A DNA stretch of 62,316 nucleotides, counting the filler, from Actinomycetota bacterium (lineage in GTDB: Bacteria; Actinomycetota; Acidimicrobiia; IMCC26256; VFJJ01): NCBI GenBank assembly GCA_009886115.1. It is 4 parts of 4 records of this genome, joined end to end, with 100 filler letters (N's around TTAATTAATTAA, not from the genome) between each part and the next. Parts side by side here need not be neighbours in the genome. Positions count along the whole stretch, not along the records: positions 1 to 23,993 come from VFJJ01000217.1; 3 more parts are not named here. One strand, 5' to 3'. How positions within the stretch are numbered: the stretch's first letter is position 1; every line of letters starts with the position of its first letter. Shown in pieces: positions 9,455 to 18,933 of this stretch. The position numbers were made by a program, and so were the translations under genes. The notes beneath the pieces are model-generated. The model was not told the origin of the DNA. It saw only the letters and a list, made by a program, of their open reading frames with translations, and searched no databases.

Positions 9455-11122
9455 TCAGCCGGCTCGGGCGTTGGTGCGCTCTCGCGAAGCGGTCTGGAGG
9501 AGCTCCCGGGCGTGCTTGCGAGCGGAGTCGCTGGGTGCACCCGAGAGCATCCGGGCCACCTCGGCGACCCGGTCGGTGCCCGTCACCGGCGAGGCCTGCG
9601 AGATCGTGCGCCCGTCGACCTCGAGCTTGGTCGCCACGACCTGCTGGTCGGCCCACACCGCGACCTGGGCCAGGTGCGTGACGCACAGAACCTGGTGATC
9701 GGTCGCCAGAGCCGCCAGCGTGCGCCCGATGGCCACGCCGGCCTCCCCGCCGATCCCGGCGTCGACCTCGTCGAACACCAGCGTGGGCGGAGCCTCCGAG
9801 AGCACCCGCCGGGCGGCGAGCATGCATCGGGCGAGCTCGCCTCCCGAGGCCACCTTGGCCAGCGGCAACGCGGGCTCGCCGGCGTTGGCGCTCAGGAGGA
9901 ACGTGACCGAGTCGGCACCGTCGTCACCGGGCTCGCCGTCGTCGACAGTGACCTCGAACGTGGCCCGGGGCATCGCCAGGTCGCGCAGATGGGCGCTGAC
10001 GGCCGGCCCGAGCCGGACTGCTGAGGCGCGCCGAAGGCTCGAGAGGGCCCGGGCCGCGGTCTCGATCGCCTGAGCGTTGTCGAGGAGCTCGTGCTCGAGG
10101 GCAGCAGCTCGTTGCTCCCAGCCCACGAGCTCGTCGAGCCGGGCGCCGATCTCGGAGCGGTACACGAGCACCGACGCCAGGTCGTCGCCGTACTTGCGCC
10201 GCAGCTCGGCCAGGGCTCGACGCCGCTCCTGCGCCTGGGCCAGCCGCTCGGGATCGTCGCTGATCGCATCGGCACGATGACGGAGCTCGGCCGCGACGTC
10301 GGCGGCCTCTTCTTGGAGCGTGTGCAGCCGCTCGGCCAGATCGGCGAAGGTGCTTCGTCCGGCGAGCGCGGCGATGGCCGCGCCGATGGCGTCGCGAGCA
10401 CCATCGGGTCCGACCAGGGCCGAGCCCGACCGCCCGGCGGCGTCGCGGAGCGCCTCGGCATCGGCGAGCACCTCGACCTCCAATGCCAGGCGCTGGTCCT
10501 CGTCGACGCCGGTGGGCGCGACGGCGTCGATCTCGGCGGCCTGGAACCGGAGCAGGTCGATCTCGCGCGCTCGGGCCCGGTGGTCACCCCCCAGCGCGCC
10601 GAGGTGCTCGACGATCGTGCGGCGGGCGGCCCGCGCGGCCCGGTAGGCCCCGAGCGCATCGGCGGCTTCGGACCCCGCGAAGCGATCGAGCGCCGCGCGC
10701 TGCACGGCCGGAGCGAGCAGCGACTGATGATCGTGCTGGCCGTGCAGATCGACCAGCCGGGAACCCAAGTCGGCGAGCACGCCAACGGGGACCATCCGTC
10801 CGTTCACCGCGGCCCGGCTCCGACCGTTGACCGGTACCACCCGGCTCACGACGACCTCGCCGTCGGCGTCGTCGAGCGCCTCGATCTCGAGCCCGTCGAG
10901 CGCTCCGGGAGCGAACGAGAACCGGGCCTCGACCCGGGCGGCGTCAGCTCCCGGACGGACCAGCGCGGCATCGGCCCGTCCTCCGACCAGCAGCTCGATG
11001 GCCTCGACGAGCAGCGTCTTGCCGGCCCCGGTCTCGCCGGTGATGACGGTCATCCCGCCAGCGACCACGAGGTGCAAGTCGGCGATGACCCCGAGGTTCT
11101 CGACCCTGAGCTCTTCGAGCAC
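9455..11122 (-). CDS. recN: DNA repair protein RecN
   Basis: TGETGAGKT, HGQH, coiled coil, ASGGELAR, FDEVDAGIGG, CVTHLAQVA. Confidence 0.97.
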   Translation of the reverse strand: MLEELRVENLGVIADLHLVVAGGMTVITGETGAGKTLLVEAIELLVGGRADAALVRPGADAARVEARFSFAPGALDGLEIEALDDADGEVVVSRVVPVNGRSRAAVNGRMVPVGVLADLGSRLVDLHGQHDHQSLLAPAVQRAALDRFAGSEAADALGAYRAARAARRTIVEHLGALGGDHRARAREIDLLRFQAAEIDAVAPTGVDEDQRLALEVEVLADAEALRDAAGRSGSALVGPDGARDAIGAAIAALAGRSTFADLAERLHTLQEEAADVAAELRHRADAISDDPERLAQAQERRRALAELRRKYGDDLASVLVYRSEIGARLDELVGWEQRAAALEHELLDNAQAIETAARALSSLRRASAVRLGPAVSAHLRDLAMPRATFEVTVDDGEPGDDGADSVTFLLSANAGEPALPLAKVASGGELARCMLAARRVLSEAPPTLVFDEVDAGIGGEAGVAIGRTLAALATDHQVLCVTHLAQVAVWADQQVVATKLEVDGRTISQASPVTGTDRVAEVARMLSGAPSDSARKHARELLQTASRERTNARAG

Positions 11123-11134
11123 GACAGCCCCGCC

Positions 11135-11989
11135 TTACCGGTCGGGGAGGCCGAATTTGGCCTTGAGCACCTGGTGGAAGTCGCGCCGGGTGAGGGTGAC
11201 CAGACGCGCGCTCCGGTCGGAGACGCGACAGCTCACCCAGTCGCCCTCGACGAGGTCGCCGACGGCGCGCCCGTCGACGATGAGCCGGACCGTCCGGTCC
11301 TCCTGGACGGTGAACTTCACCACCTCGTCGCCGGCGAGCACCAGCGGCCGGTCGAAGAGCATGTGGGGCGACACCGGGGTGAGCACCATGCATCGCACCC
11401 GGGGCGACACGATGGGTCCGCGTGCCGAGAAGGAGTAGGCGGTCGAGCCTGTGGGGGTGGCCATGATCACGCCGTCGGCCACGTAGGTGGTGAACGCGGC
11501 CCGGTTGATCTCGACGTGCAGCCCCACCATGTGCCCGCCGGGGCCCTTCTCGAGCACGGCGTCGTTCAGCGCCCACCACGTGCCGGCAGCCGGGCCGGCC
11601 GAGGTGGCTTGCAGCTCGAGCATCAGACGCTCGTCGACCGAGTAGTCGCCTGCGAGCAGCCGCTGCAGCGCGTCCTCGATGCCTTCGGGCTCGACCTCGG
11701 TGAGGTATCCGAGGTGTCCCACGTTCACGCCCAGGACCGGGGCCCCGCTCGCGGCCACGAGGTCGATGGCCCGCAGCATCGTGCCGTCGCCGCCGAGCGA
11801 GACCGCCAGATCGAGACCGACCGCAAACGCCTCGACATCGCAGCCGCGTCGAGCGAGGCCGGCGGGAAGGTCGCCGTGCTTGGGCACCCGCACCTCGGAG
11901 CCGTGGGCCTCGAGCCAATCGGCGACCCACTCACCCAGGCTGAGCGAGATCGGCCGTTGCGGATGTACGACGATGCCGACGACGGTCAT
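11135..11989 (-). CDS. nadK: NAD kinase
   Basis: LGGDGTML, GVNVGHLGYL, LND, DGVIMATPTGSTAYSFSARGP. Confidence 0.96.
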   Translation of the reverse strand: MTVVGIVVHPQRPISLSLGEWVADWLEAHGSEVRVPKHGDLPAGLARRGCDVEAFAVGLDLAVSLGGDGTMLRAIDLVAASGAPVLGVNVGHLGYLTEVEPEGIEDALQRLLAGDYSVDERLMLELQATSAGPAAGTWWALNDAVLEKGPGGHMVGLHVEINRAAFTTYVADGVIMATPTGSTAYSFSARGPIVSPRVRCMVLTPVSPHMLFDRPLVLAGDEVVKFTVQEDRTVRLIVDGRAVGDLVEGDWVSCRVSDRSARLVTLTRRDFHQVLKAKFGLPDR

Positions 11990-12807
11990 GACGCGCCTCC
12001 GGTGGCCAGAGCCTCGCCATGGGCTTCTTCGACCACGGCCTCCAGCCCGGCCCGGGAAATGATGGCGTTCGGCCCGTCGTGACGGGCCAGCGCGAGGAAC
12101 TCGATGTTGCCTGAAGCGCCTCGGATCGGCGAGGGCATCAGCGACTCGACGACCACCCCGTGGCCAGCGAGCCCCTCGACCACCGCATCGAGGGTGTCGA
12201 GATGGACCGAGCGATCGCGCACGACGCCACCCCGCCCGACCCGCTCACGTCCGGCCTCGAATTGCGGCTTCACCAACAACACCATGGGTTTTCCCGGGGC
12301 CGTGATGTCGCGCAAGACGGGCCCGACGAGCACGAGCGAGATGAACGAGAGGTCGGCGACGGTGACGTCGAAGGGCAACCCGCCGAGCGTCTCGAGCGAC
12401 ACGGTGCGCAGGTTCGTCTCCTCGTGCAGCACGACCCGGGCATCGGTGCGCAAGGCCCAGGCGAGCTGGGCCCGGCCGACGTCGATCGCGTGCACCGACG
12501 CCGCGCCCCGCTGCAGGAGGCAGTCGGTGAAGCCCCCCGTGGAAGCGCCGGCGTCGACCGCCCGAGCGCCCGCGACGTCGACGGCGAATCGCTCGAGCGC
12601 GCCCTCGAGCTTGTCGCCGCCACGCGAGGCGAACCGGCGCGCTGGACCGGCCAGGCTGATCGAGTCGCCGTCGCTGACCAGGCGCGAGACCTTGTCGGCC
12701 GAGGCTCCGGCCACCCTGACCCGGCCCGAGGCCACCACCTCGACGGCCACGGCCCGGCTGGGAACCAGCCCGCGTCGCACCAGCTCGACATCGAGTCGAC
12801 GTCGCAC
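11986..12807 (-). CDS. tlyA: TlyA family rRNA 2'-O-methyltransferase (start could be ATG 12858)
   Basis: RRRLDVELVRRGL (S4 domain), SRGGDKL, DAGASTGGFTD, DLSFISL, VKPQFE, GNIEF. Confidence 0.95.
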   Translation of the reverse strand: MRRRLDVELVRRGLVPSRAVAVEVVASGRVRVAGASADKVSRLVSDGDSISLAGPARRFASRGGDKLEGALERFAVDVAGARAVDAGASTGGFTDCLLQRGAASVHAIDVGRAQLAWALRTDARVVLHEETNLRTVSLETLGGLPFDVTVADLSFISLVLVGPVLRDITAPGKPMVLLVKPQFEAGRERVGRGGVVRDRSVHLDTLDAVVEGLAGHGVVVESLMPSPIRGASGNIEFLALARHDGPNAIISRAGLEAVVEEAHGEALATGGAS

Positions 12808-13005
12808 CGTCAGGACGCCCCGTCGCCAGGGTGGACGAGAGCGTGCGGCAGAGGCCATGCGTCGTGCACGGACCTCGTTTTCGGGGCGGTCATGGCCACC
12901 TCCAGGGGCGGAGTTCAGGCTACCAGTGGCCTGGGACAACTCGAACTACCCTGCCGGCCAAGGTTCGGCCTCTTTGGGCCACGATCTCAGAGGGTGCGCA
13001 CGATC

Positions 13006-14316
13006 ATGAACCCCCAGCAGCTCGTTCGCGGCCAGCGGACACGACTCGACCATCTCACCGACGCCACCGTCATCGAGGTGACGGTCACCGCGGGCCACGG
13101 CGCCGGCCCCGTCGACGTGTCGTGCGTCGCCCTGTCGGCCGAACGACGGGTGATCGACGATCGCTACGTCGTGTTCTTCAACCAGCCGGCGAGCCCTGCC
13201 GGCGAGATCCGCCTGAGCGCCCAGGCCGACGATTCGGTCACGTTCACCGTCGATCTCGAACGGCTCCCGGGCTGGACGCAGACGATCGTGCTCACGGCGA
13301 CGGTCGACGGCGACGACGCCTCGCTGAGCACGATCGACACCATCGACGTCGCCGTCGAGGCTCCGGCGGGGGCGGTCGCATCGTTCACCGTCGCGGGTTC
13401 GCAACTCGATGGGGAGCGTTCGCTGATCCTGCTCGAGATCTACGACCTCCAAGGGTGGCGCATCAACGCCGTCGGCCAGGGCTTCGCCGGCGGTCTCCGG
13501 GTCCTGATGGAGTCGTTCGGCGTCGAAGTGCTCGACGACATCTCCTCGGCGGAGCCCTCGGCCGATCCTCCACCCGACCTCCGATCCGACGACCCGTCCG
13601 ACACCGCTGCGCCGCTCCCCGAGCCACCGTCAGTGCCCGAGTCGCCCCTCGTGCCCGCTCCACCAGAGCCGGTGGAGGCAGTGGTCGTTCCCCCGGTTCC
13701 CGAGCCTGCCTCGGCGGGGGAGGCGCCGGCCGCCACGCAAGCACCCGTCGCCGCCGGCATCTCCGGGCCCCCTGGTCATTGGAGCGAGACGGCACTCGAC
13801 CTCACCGGCGGGTTCGGGAGCCAGAAATCGGTGTGCGACTCGATGGGCGATGCGATCGGTCCCCAGGAGTGGGCGCTGGTCGCCGCGGCACCGGGACGGA
13901 TCGACGCGCCCGAGCTGTCGGGCAAGAACGGCACGGTGATGGTCACGAACCACCGCCTGTTCCTGTACGGCTCCGGCGGTTTCAGCAAGACCCCTCGGCG
14001 AGCGGCGCCGATCCTCGCCACGTTCGGCTCGGTCGACGTCGAGCCGTCTCGACTCTCGTCGCTGCCGTGGATGACCACGCTGATCGACGATCAGGGCACC
14101 GGCACGGCGCTGTACTTCACCGACCAACAGGTCGCGGCCGCAGTCGCCGAGGCACTCGGCGCCGCGATGCGAGCGGTACGGTCCGGAGCAGCGCTGGCGC
14201 GCCCGCCGGCCGGCCAGCCGTGGCGACCTTCAGCCGTGCCCCCACCCCCTGCGCACCTTGCGCCCCCGGCCTACCCGACGGACGCTCCGTCCTCCACCGA
14301 CCCGGCGCCGGCGTGA
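13006..14316 (+). CDS. TerD-domain protein with Pro-rich linker and a C-terminal globular domain
   Basis: LVRGQR..DVSC..VVFFNQP..LEIY..WRINAVGQGFAGGL (TerD), Pro/Ala/Glu linker, then GTVMVTNHRLFLY. Confidence 0.8.
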   Translation: MNPQQLVRGQRTRLDHLTDATVIEVTVTAGHGAGPVDVSCVALSAERRVIDDRYVVFFNQPASPAGEIRLSAQADDSVTFTVDLERLPGWTQTIVLTATVDGDDASLSTIDTIDVAVEAPAGAVASFTVAGSQLDGERSLILLEIYDLQGWRINAVGQGFAGGLRVLMESFGVEVLDDISSAEPSADPPPDLRSDDPSDTAAPLPEPPSVPESPLVPAPPEPVEAVVVPPVPEPASAGEAPAATQAPVAAGISGPPGHWSETALDLTGGFGSQKSVCDSMGDAIGPQEWALVAAAPGRIDAPELSGKNGTVMVTNHRLFLYGSGGFSKTPRRAAPILATFGSVDVEPSRLSSLPWMTTLIDDQGTGTALYFTDQQVAAAVAEALGAAMRAVRSGAALARPPAGQPWRPSAVPPPPAHLAPPAYPTDAPSSTDPAPA

Positions 14317-14325
14317 GCACGTCGC

Positions 14326-14748
14326 TCAACGGGGCAACATCCCGTAGGCCCGCTCGGGTCTGATCCGCATCAGCAGACGGCCGTCGGCCACCATCGCCCG
14401 CCGGTAGTCGTCCCAGTCGGGGTGCTCGCCCGAGACCGCCCGGTAGTACGCCACGAGCGCGTCGACCGTGGCATCGGCGGGATCAGCGGCCACGGGCATC
14501 AGCTCGGCGGTCCCGTCGACGACGACGTAGCTCCAGAAATCGGACGACGTCACGTGCAGCGAGACCCGGTTGTCGCGCCGGGCGTTGGCCGTCTTGGCCC
14601 GCCCGTCGGTGACCGAGATCACGATCATGGCGTCGGGCTCGACGTGATACGCGATGTTCGAGAGCTGCGGCCGCCCGTCGCGGCGCATCGTCACCAACAC
14701 CCCACGCGTCCGATCCTTCACGTACCCCAGGCCAGCATCGATCTCCAT
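14326..14748 (-). CDS. PPOX-class (putative F420-dependent) oxidoreductase
   Basis: VLVTMRRDGRPQLS, RAKTANARRDNRVSL, GEHPDWDDYRRAM. Confidence 0.9.
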   Translation of the reverse strand: MEIDAGLGYVKDRTRGVLVTMRRDGRPQLSNIAYHVEPDAMIVISVTDGRAKTANARRDNRVSLHVTSSDFWSYVVVDGTAELMPVAADPADATVDALVAYYRAVSGEHPDWDDYRRAMVADGRLLMRIRPERAYGMLPR

Positions 14749-14790
14749 CCCCTGATCGTACGCCCTGGGCATGAGTATCCTGAGCCCTCC

Positions 14791-15585
14791 ATGCTGCCGA
14801 TCCGCGACGAGAACCCGACGGTCCGCACGCCCTACGTCACGCTGGCCCTCATCGCGCTCAACATCCTGATCTTCTTCGCCTGGCAACCCCGATCGTTCAT
14901 CTCCGGCATCGGTTCGATCGACGAGGCATCCGAGCAGGAGGTGTTCCTCTATCAGCACGCGCTCGTTCCCTGCGAGGCCGTCGAGGGCCATCCCGTCTCG
15001 GTACCCGAGCTCCGGACGAACGACTGCGATGCCCCCGACACGCCCACACCCGGTGCGCTCGACCCCGACAAGCCCGTCCGCCTGGCTGCGATCGTCTCGA
15101 TGTTCCTCCACGCCGGGCTGTTGCACCTCGGCGGCAACATGCTGTTCCTGTGGATCTTCGGGAACAACGTCGAAGACCGTCTGGGCTCGCTGTGGTTCGT
15201 CGCCTTCTATCTCCTCGGCGGCATCGCAGCCACGGTCGGGCACATCCTCACCGATCCCGGCTCCTTGACGCCGGTCATCGGAGCATCGGGCGCCGTGGCC
15301 GCCGTGATGGGCGCCTACCTGGTCTGGTACCCCAGGGCCAAGGTGACGACGTTGTTCTTCTTCTTCCTGATCACCTGGTTCAAGGTCCCGGCCTGGATCG
15401 TCCTGGGCGTGTGGTTCGGGCTGCAGTTCCTCACGAACCCTGATTCGGGCGTGGCCTGGGTGGCCCACGTGGCCGGGTTCGCCTTCGGTGCGCTGGTCGC
15501 GCTCCCGCTCCGGGGACGGGGACCGGGCGGGACCGTGCCCCCGGCGGCACGCGATCCGTGGGCGCCGTACCGGTTCCCACGCTGA
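14791..15585 (+). CDS. Rhomboid intramembrane serine protease
   Basis: [41 protein letters not shown]. Confidence 0.94.
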   Translation: MLPIRDENPTVRTPYVTLALIALNILIFFAWQPRSFISGIGSIDEASEQEVFLYQHALVPCEAVEGHPVSVPELRTNDCDAPDTPTPGALDPDKPVRLAAIVSMFLHAGLLHLGGNMLFLWIFGNNVEDRLGSLWFVAFYLLGGIAATVGHILTDPGSLTPVIGASGAVAAVMGAYLVWYPRAKVTTLFFFFLITWFKVPAWIVLGVWFGLQFLTNPDSGVAWVAHVAGFAFGALVALPLRGRGPGGTVPPAARDPWAPYRFPR

Positions 15586-15589
15586 GCCG

Positions 15590-15619
15590 GTCGAGCTACG
15601 TCGAGCTACGTCGAGCTGC
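15590..15619. repeat. 10-bp tandem repeat, GTCGAGCTAC x2 plus GTCGAGCTGC
   Basis: Read directly between the convergent rhomboid and HAD genes. Confidence 0.7.
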
Positions 15620-15655
15620 TCGAGCGCTCGAGCCGCGCCGACGCTGCCCGAGGCG

Positions 15656-16456
15656 TCAGACCGTCCCGACGCTCCAGGCCATGATGGGCCCGACGAGCTC
15701 GGCCAGGCTGTCGGCCTCGAAGGCCACCGGCACCGTCGACGCCAGCTCGCCCTTGTCGGAGCCGACATCCGACCGCACCAGCGCGAACGGCCAACCCAGA
15801 GCCTCGGCAAGCGCCCCGTCGGTGGTCTTGCGATCGCCCACCATCATCCCCACGTCCGGATCGGCTCCCCGTTCCAGGAGGCGGGCCCGGAGCAGCTCGA
15901 CCGTGGCCGGATAGGGCTTGCCGGCGACGATGGGCTCGATCCCCGAAGCCGCCGCCGTCACCGCCGCGACCATCGAGCCCGCGCCGGGGACGAGCCCGCC
16001 CGGGGACGGATAGGTGGCGTCGAGGTTCGTGGCGATGTAGCGAGCCCCGGCCCGGATCGCCGCCGCGGCCCGGTCGAGCAGCGGGTAGTCGAAGTGCCGG
16101 CAGATGCCCACGATGACCGCGTCGCAGGCACCGTCGACGACGACCTCGAAACCCTTGGCCGCCAACGCTTCGCGGATTCCGTCCTCACCCACGACGAGCA
16201 CCCGGGCACCCGGCGGGCATTCGCGCTCGACGACGGCCGCCCCGGCCATGGCCGAGGAGATCACCTCGTCGGCCACGGCGGGGATCCCGAAACGGCCGAG
16301 CTTGGCGAGGTAGCCGTCGACGACCACAGATGAGTTGTTCGAGAGGAACACGACACCGAGCCCGGCCCGACGCAGCGCCGCCACGGCCTCGGCTGCACCG
16401 TCGAGCGGCTGATCACCGAGCCAGAGCACCCCGTCGAGATCGAGCACGACCGTCAT
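15656..16456 (-). CDS. HAD-IIA family hydrolase (NagD-like)
   Basis: DLDGVL, LSNNS, ATNLD, AGKP, VGDRKTTDG. Confidence 0.93.
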   Translation of the reverse strand: MTVVLDLDGVLWLGDQPLDGAAEAVAALRRAGLGVVFLSNNSSVVVDGYLAKLGRFGIPAVADEVISSAMAGAAVVERECPPGARVLVVGEDGIREALAAKGFEVVVDGACDAVIVGICRHFDYPLLDRAAAAIRAGARYIATNLDATYPSPGGLVPGAGSMVAAVTAAASGIEPIVAGKPYPATVELLRARLLERGADPDVGMMVGDRKTTDGALAEALGWPFALVRSDVGSDKGELASTVPVAFEADSLAELVGPIMAWSVGTV

Positions 16457-16611
16457 GGGTCCAGGCTGGCACGTGACGTCCCGGCGCTCCGCAACGGACG
16501 CGCCCGGGGCCTCGAAGCACCGTCGAGGGGACGGATGCACCTCGGGCGCGTGTCCCGGGGCTGCAGAGGTGCTGTGCCACAATCGGCCTCCCCCAACCCC
16601 GGAGCCCGTTC

Positions 16612-17859
16612 GTGCCTGCGTTCTCACCTTTTCGCGGCCTCCGCTACGACGTGACACGACTTGGCGTCGCGCTCGACACGCTCGTGACGCCGCCGTACGA
16701 CGTGATCGATGCCGGCCAGCAGGCTGGCCTCGAGGCCCGGCACGAGAACAACGCCGTGCACCTCATCCTGCCGCGAGAGGCCGGCCGCCTCGACGCCTAC
16801 CAGCAGGCGGCTCGGCTCCTCGACCGGTGGCGCTCCGACGGGACCCTGGTGCACGATCCGACCCCGCGCCTGTACCGGTACCGCATGGAGTACCGGGTGG
16901 TCGACGGATCGCCCCGTCACACGCTCGGGGTCATCGGGGCCCTGGGGCTGGCCGAGTTCAGCGAAGGCACGATCATCCCGCACGAGCAGACGCTCCCCAA
17001 GGCCAAGACCGATCGGCTCAACCTGATCAGGGCCACCCGGGCCAACCTCGAGCCGATCTGGGGTCTCACCCTGGCCCACGGCTTCACGGAGCTGGCCGAA
17101 GGCACCGGAGCGGCCATCGCCGACTGTGTCGATGCCGGCGGGGCCTGTCATTCGATCAGCCCGATCGACGACCCCGAGCAGATCGAGGCGCTCCGGGCCG
17201 CGGTGGCGTCGGCCCCGTTGGTGATCGCCGACGGCCACCATCGGTACGAGACCTCGCTCGCCTACCGACGTGAGATCGCCGCCCTGGGTGGCCACCCCTC
17301 GGCGGCCGACGCCATCATGTGTCTCGTCGTGGAGCTCGACGCCGACGAGCTGTGGGTGCAGCCCATCCACCGGACGATCCATCGGACGGGCACGGGCACG
17401 GGCGACCTTCGTGATCGCCTCCGCGCCAGCGGCTTCGACGTGATCGCCGTCCCCGGACCGGCGACCCCGGCGACGATCGACGCTCTCGCCATCGAGATGC
17501 GCCGACGCCGGGCTCTGGGCCTGGTCGACGCGGCCGGAGCCGCCCTGCTCGTCCCCGGCGACGGTGCCCGCGACGCGCTCGAGCGCTGGCCGGCATCGGT
17601 CCGAGATGTCGACGCCGCCCTGTTCGAGAGCACCGTGGTCCCGGCCCTCGATCCCGGCGAGTCGGTCGGCTATCGCAACGACGCCCATGAGCTCGCGGCC
17701 TCGGTCGCGCGAGGCGAGATCGATGCGGCGTTCCTGCTGTCACCGGTGACCGTCGAGACGATCGAGGCTGTGGCCGCGGCGGGCGAGCGGATGCCGCAGA
17801 AAACGACCTACTTCGCCCCCAAGCCCTGCACCGGCTTGGTGATGCGCACCCTCGACTGA
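16612..17859 (+). CDS. DUF1015 family protein
   Basis: PFRGLRY, PPYDVI, PHEQT, IADGHHRYET, MPQKTTYFAPK. Confidence 0.92.
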   Translation: MPAFSPFRGLRYDVTRLGVALDTLVTPPYDVIDAGQQAGLEARHENNAVHLILPREAGRLDAYQQAARLLDRWRSDGTLVHDPTPRLYRYRMEYRVVDGSPRHTLGVIGALGLAEFSEGTIIPHEQTLPKAKTDRLNLIRATRANLEPIWGLTLAHGFTELAEGTGAAIADCVDAGGACHSISPIDDPEQIEALRAAVASAPLVIADGHHRYETSLAYRREIAALGGHPSAADAIMCLVVELDADELWVQPIHRTIHRTGTGTGDLRDRLRASGFDVIAVPGPATPATIDALAIEMRRRRALGLVDAAGAALLVPGDGARDALERWPASVRDVDAALFESTVVPALDPGESVGYRNDAHELAASVARGEIDAAFLLSPVTVETIEAVAAAGERMPQKTTYFAPKPCTGLVMRTLD

Positions 17860-17879
17860 AGGGGCCCGTCCGCGGCAGC

Positions 17880-18911
17880 TCAGTTGGCGTTGATCTCCCA
17901 GACCGGGGCCGATTCGATCAGGCGGCGCAGGTCGCCAGGGCCGGCCTCGCTGGCCTCCATCAGCTGCTGCTGCACCATCTGGCCGTAGTGGGGTCGCTCG
18001 ACGGCACGGAAGACCCCCATCGGGGTGGGCATCGACGGACCCGTCGACAGGCGTGACAGCGCGAAGGCCACGGTGGGGTCAGCGCGGGTCTCGTCGTGCA
18101 CGAGCAGGCGGTCCTCGCCCACGTCGGCGATGTCGACCACTTTGGCTTCGCCGTACTCGTTGAGCATCACGCCCTGCTCGGCGTCGACGCCGAAGCGGAT
18201 GGGCTTGCCGTGTTCGAGCGGGATGAGCATGCTCGAGCGCTTGTCCTTGGCGGTGATCCCCTCGAAGGCGCCGTCGTTGAACACGTTGCAGTTCTGGTAC
18301 ACCTCCACGAACGCCGAGCCCCGGTGCTCGTAGGCCCGCTTGAACATGGCCATCATGTGGTTGCGGTCCATGTCGTGGGTCCGGGCGACGAAGGTGGCTT
18401 CGGCTCCGAGCGCCACCGAGATCGGGTTGAACGGGGTGTCGACCGAGCCGAACGGCGTCGACTTCGAGATCTTCCCGAGCTCGCTCGTGGGCGAGTACTG
18501 GCCCTTGGTCAAGCCGTAGATCTGATTGTTGAGCATCAAGACGTTGAGGTCGACGTTGCGCCGCAGGGCGTGAATGGTGTGGTTCCCGCCGATCGAGAAC
18601 ATGTCACCGTCGCCTCCGATGACCCACACGTGCAGGTCGGGTCGGGCCACCGCAACACCCGTCGCGATCGCCGGCGCCCGACCGTGGATCCCGTGCAGCC
18701 CGTAGACGTTCATGTAGTACGGGAACCGGGCGGCGCAGCCGATGCCCGAGATGAACACCTGATCCTCGGCCTTGGCGCCGAGCTCGGCCAGGGTCATCTG
18801 GGCAGCTTGGAGGATGCCGTAGTCGCCGCACCCCGGGCACCAGCGCACCTCCTGGTCGGACATGAAGTCCTTGCGGGCGAGCTTGACCGGGGTGGTTTCG
18901 ACATCAGCCAT
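17880..18911 (-). CDS. korB: 2-oxoacid:ferredoxin oxidoreductase beta subunit
   Basis: WCPGCGDY, SGIGC, HGIHGRA, GGDGD..IGGNH, NNQIYGLTKGQ. Confidence 0.93.
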   Translation of the reverse strand: MADVETTPVKLARKDFMSDQEVRWCPGCGDYGILQAAQMTLAELGAKAEDQVFISGIGCAARFPYYMNVYGLHGIHGRAPAIATGVAVARPDLHVWVIGGDGDMFSIGGNHTIHALRRNVDLNVLMLNNQIYGLTKGQYSPTSELGKISKSTPFGSVDTPFNPISVALGAEATFVARTHDMDRNHMMAMFKRAYEHRGSAFVEVYQNCNVFNDGAFEGITAKDKRSSMLIPLEHGKPIRFGVDAEQGVMLNEYGEAKVVDIADVGEDRLLVHDETRADPTVAFALSRLSTGPSMPTPMGVFRAVERPHYGQMVQQQLMEASEAGPGDLRRLIESAPVWEINAN

Positions 18912-18933
18912 GACTTTGTCTCCAGGGTCGGGA

